The notes below the pieces were generated by a model. The model ran no database searches. It was not told the origin of the DNA and saw only the letters and a program-made list of their open reading frames with translations. Below, piece by piece: positions 25,171 through 26,055 of a DNA stretch of 26,055 nt. Origin of the DNA: a virus (taxonomy: Duplodnaviria; Caudoviricetes); the IMG/VR virus record IMGVR_UViG_3300025018_000487, positions 1 to 26,055 of that record, one strand, 5' to 3'. Position 1 is the stretch's first letter. The number at the start of each line of letters is the position of its first letter. Both the position numbers and the translations under genes were made by a program.

Positions 25171-25978
25171 GGTTGTCATCAATAATAGCATCACCAGGGT
25201 TGTTAAGATTGCTGGCCCTACAGGCCCTGCAGGTCCCACAGGTCCCACAGGTCCCACTGGGGCGACTGGGCCTGCTGGTGCGGATGGGCAGGGAGTCCCT
25301 ATTGGGGGAACTACTGGGCAGATTCTCTCTAAGAATAGCGCAACAGACTATGATACCGTATGGGCAGACTACACAGAGAGCATTTCTGAGGTAGTCGCTG
25401 GGGGTGCTGGGTTCGTCTCAGTGAGTGGTGCTGTAGCATTGGACCTCGCTGACGCACGTAACTTCCATCAACAGATGACGGGAAACATCACGGGGTTGTC
25501 TTTTACTAACGTGCCTAGTGAGACGGGGTTTTCTGCTTCTTGGGCGTGGGTGCTCAAGATTGATGCCACCGGGGGTTATACCCTGTCCGGCACCCCCACG
25601 GTAACTTGGGTAGATGGAAGTTCCTTCAGTGACCTCAATCTGACCGCTAACGCAGTAAACATCGTGACGTTCTGGCGAATCGGTACCGTCACCTACGCCG
25701 CTCTAATCAGTAACGGCAGTCTGGAACTTGAGCCATATGTAGTTTCATTCCCCGCGTCTGGTACCGCGTTGATTGCTGTGACTCGTTCTGAGACGGTGAA
25801 CCTTGGTAGTGTTACGCACTTAGAAGCAGATGGTACTGCGGGTACTGGTACTCTGACTTACCAGAAGAATGGAGTCTCCGCTACGGGTTTTACGTCGTTT
25901 GTGAGTGGGGATGTTCTGTCTGTGATTCTCGCTAGCAGCACGACCCCGTCGGCCGTGAGCATCCCAAGGAGTGTCTGA
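25163..25978 (+). CDS. Collagen-repeat fibre protein (271 aa)
   Basis: GTG at 25163 overlaps the previous gene; 8 G-X-Y triplets at 25214-25285, then GGTTGQILSK.SATDYDT.W; beta-rich C-terminal part. Confidence 0.8.
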   Translation: MSKVVINNSITRVVKIAGPTGPAGPTGPTGPTGATGPAGADGQGVPIGGTTGQILSKNSATDYDTVWADYTESISEVVAGGAGFVSVSGAVALDLADARNFHQQMTGNITGLSFTNVPSETGFSASWAWVLKIDATGGYTLSGTPTVTWVDGSSFSDLNLTANAVNIVTFWRIGTVTYAALISNGSLELEPYVVSFPASGTALIAVTRSETVNLGSVTHLEADGTAGTGTLTYQKNGVSATGFTSFVSGDVLSVILASSTTPSAVSIPRSV

Positions 25979-26055
25979 TGGCGCCGTTTGTGAACGTCTT
26001 GTGGTCAAACCCGTCAGCCTTTCCGGGCAGAGTTGGTACCGCCAGCGGTGGCACG
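25978..26055 (+). CDS. Hypothetical virion protein, N-terminal part (runs off the right edge)
   Basis: TGATG coupling; frame open to the end of the window. Confidence 0.55.
   Translation, partial: MAPFVNVLWSNPSAFPGRVGTASGGT

Larger units (their letters stand above)
1..26055. mobile_element. Tailed dsDNA bacteriophage genome segment (phage or prophage)
   Basis: Terminase, portal, scaffold, capsid, fibre, PolA and primase-helicase genes in phage-typical order; dense small early genes on the opposite strand; no housekeeping genes recognised. Confidence 0.97.

Noticed and set aside
22535-26055. Diversity-generating retroelement or multi-cassette shufflon at the fibre locus
   Set aside because: No reverse transcriptase, no TR/VR pair and no repeated crossover sites or inverted alternative C-termini seen in the window; the two CBM repeats are ordinary domain duplicates.

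Overview
This window is part of a tailed dsDNA phage genome (about 26 kb, truncated at both ends; no host genes, tRNAs or lysis genes recognised). It has two divergent arms. The leftward (minus-strand) early arm, 1-7207, holds many small hypothetical genes, an M28-like peptidase, a 526-aa protein with a Zn ribbon and a protein with a C-terminal ribbon-helix-helix (RHH)-like domain. The rightward arm, 7839-26055, holds a RepB-type primase/AAA helicase, a family A DNA polymerase with an N-terminal UDG-like domain, a Vsr-like nuclease, a terminase large subunit with a class 3 intein, a metallophosphoesterase, portal, scaffold, major capsid protein and fibre/carbohydrate-binding genes. A tyrosine recombinase with an in-frame TAG sits in reverse orientation inside the fibre module. 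The most unusual signals are all in the early arm: (i) about 11 dispersed copies of a 15-16 bp palindrome GTTA(T/G)CA-N1-2-TG(A/C)TAAC, confined to 1.7-7.3 kb and several just upstream of ribosome-binding sites; (ii) a roughly 350-400 nt, ORF-poor, promoter-driven segment (about 5384-5772, minus strand) with nested long-range complementarity, a candidate large structured ncRNA carrying two of those palindromes; (iii) a 32-bp imperfect inverted repeat bracketing the RHH gene. All protein family calls come from motif recognition by eye, not database searches.
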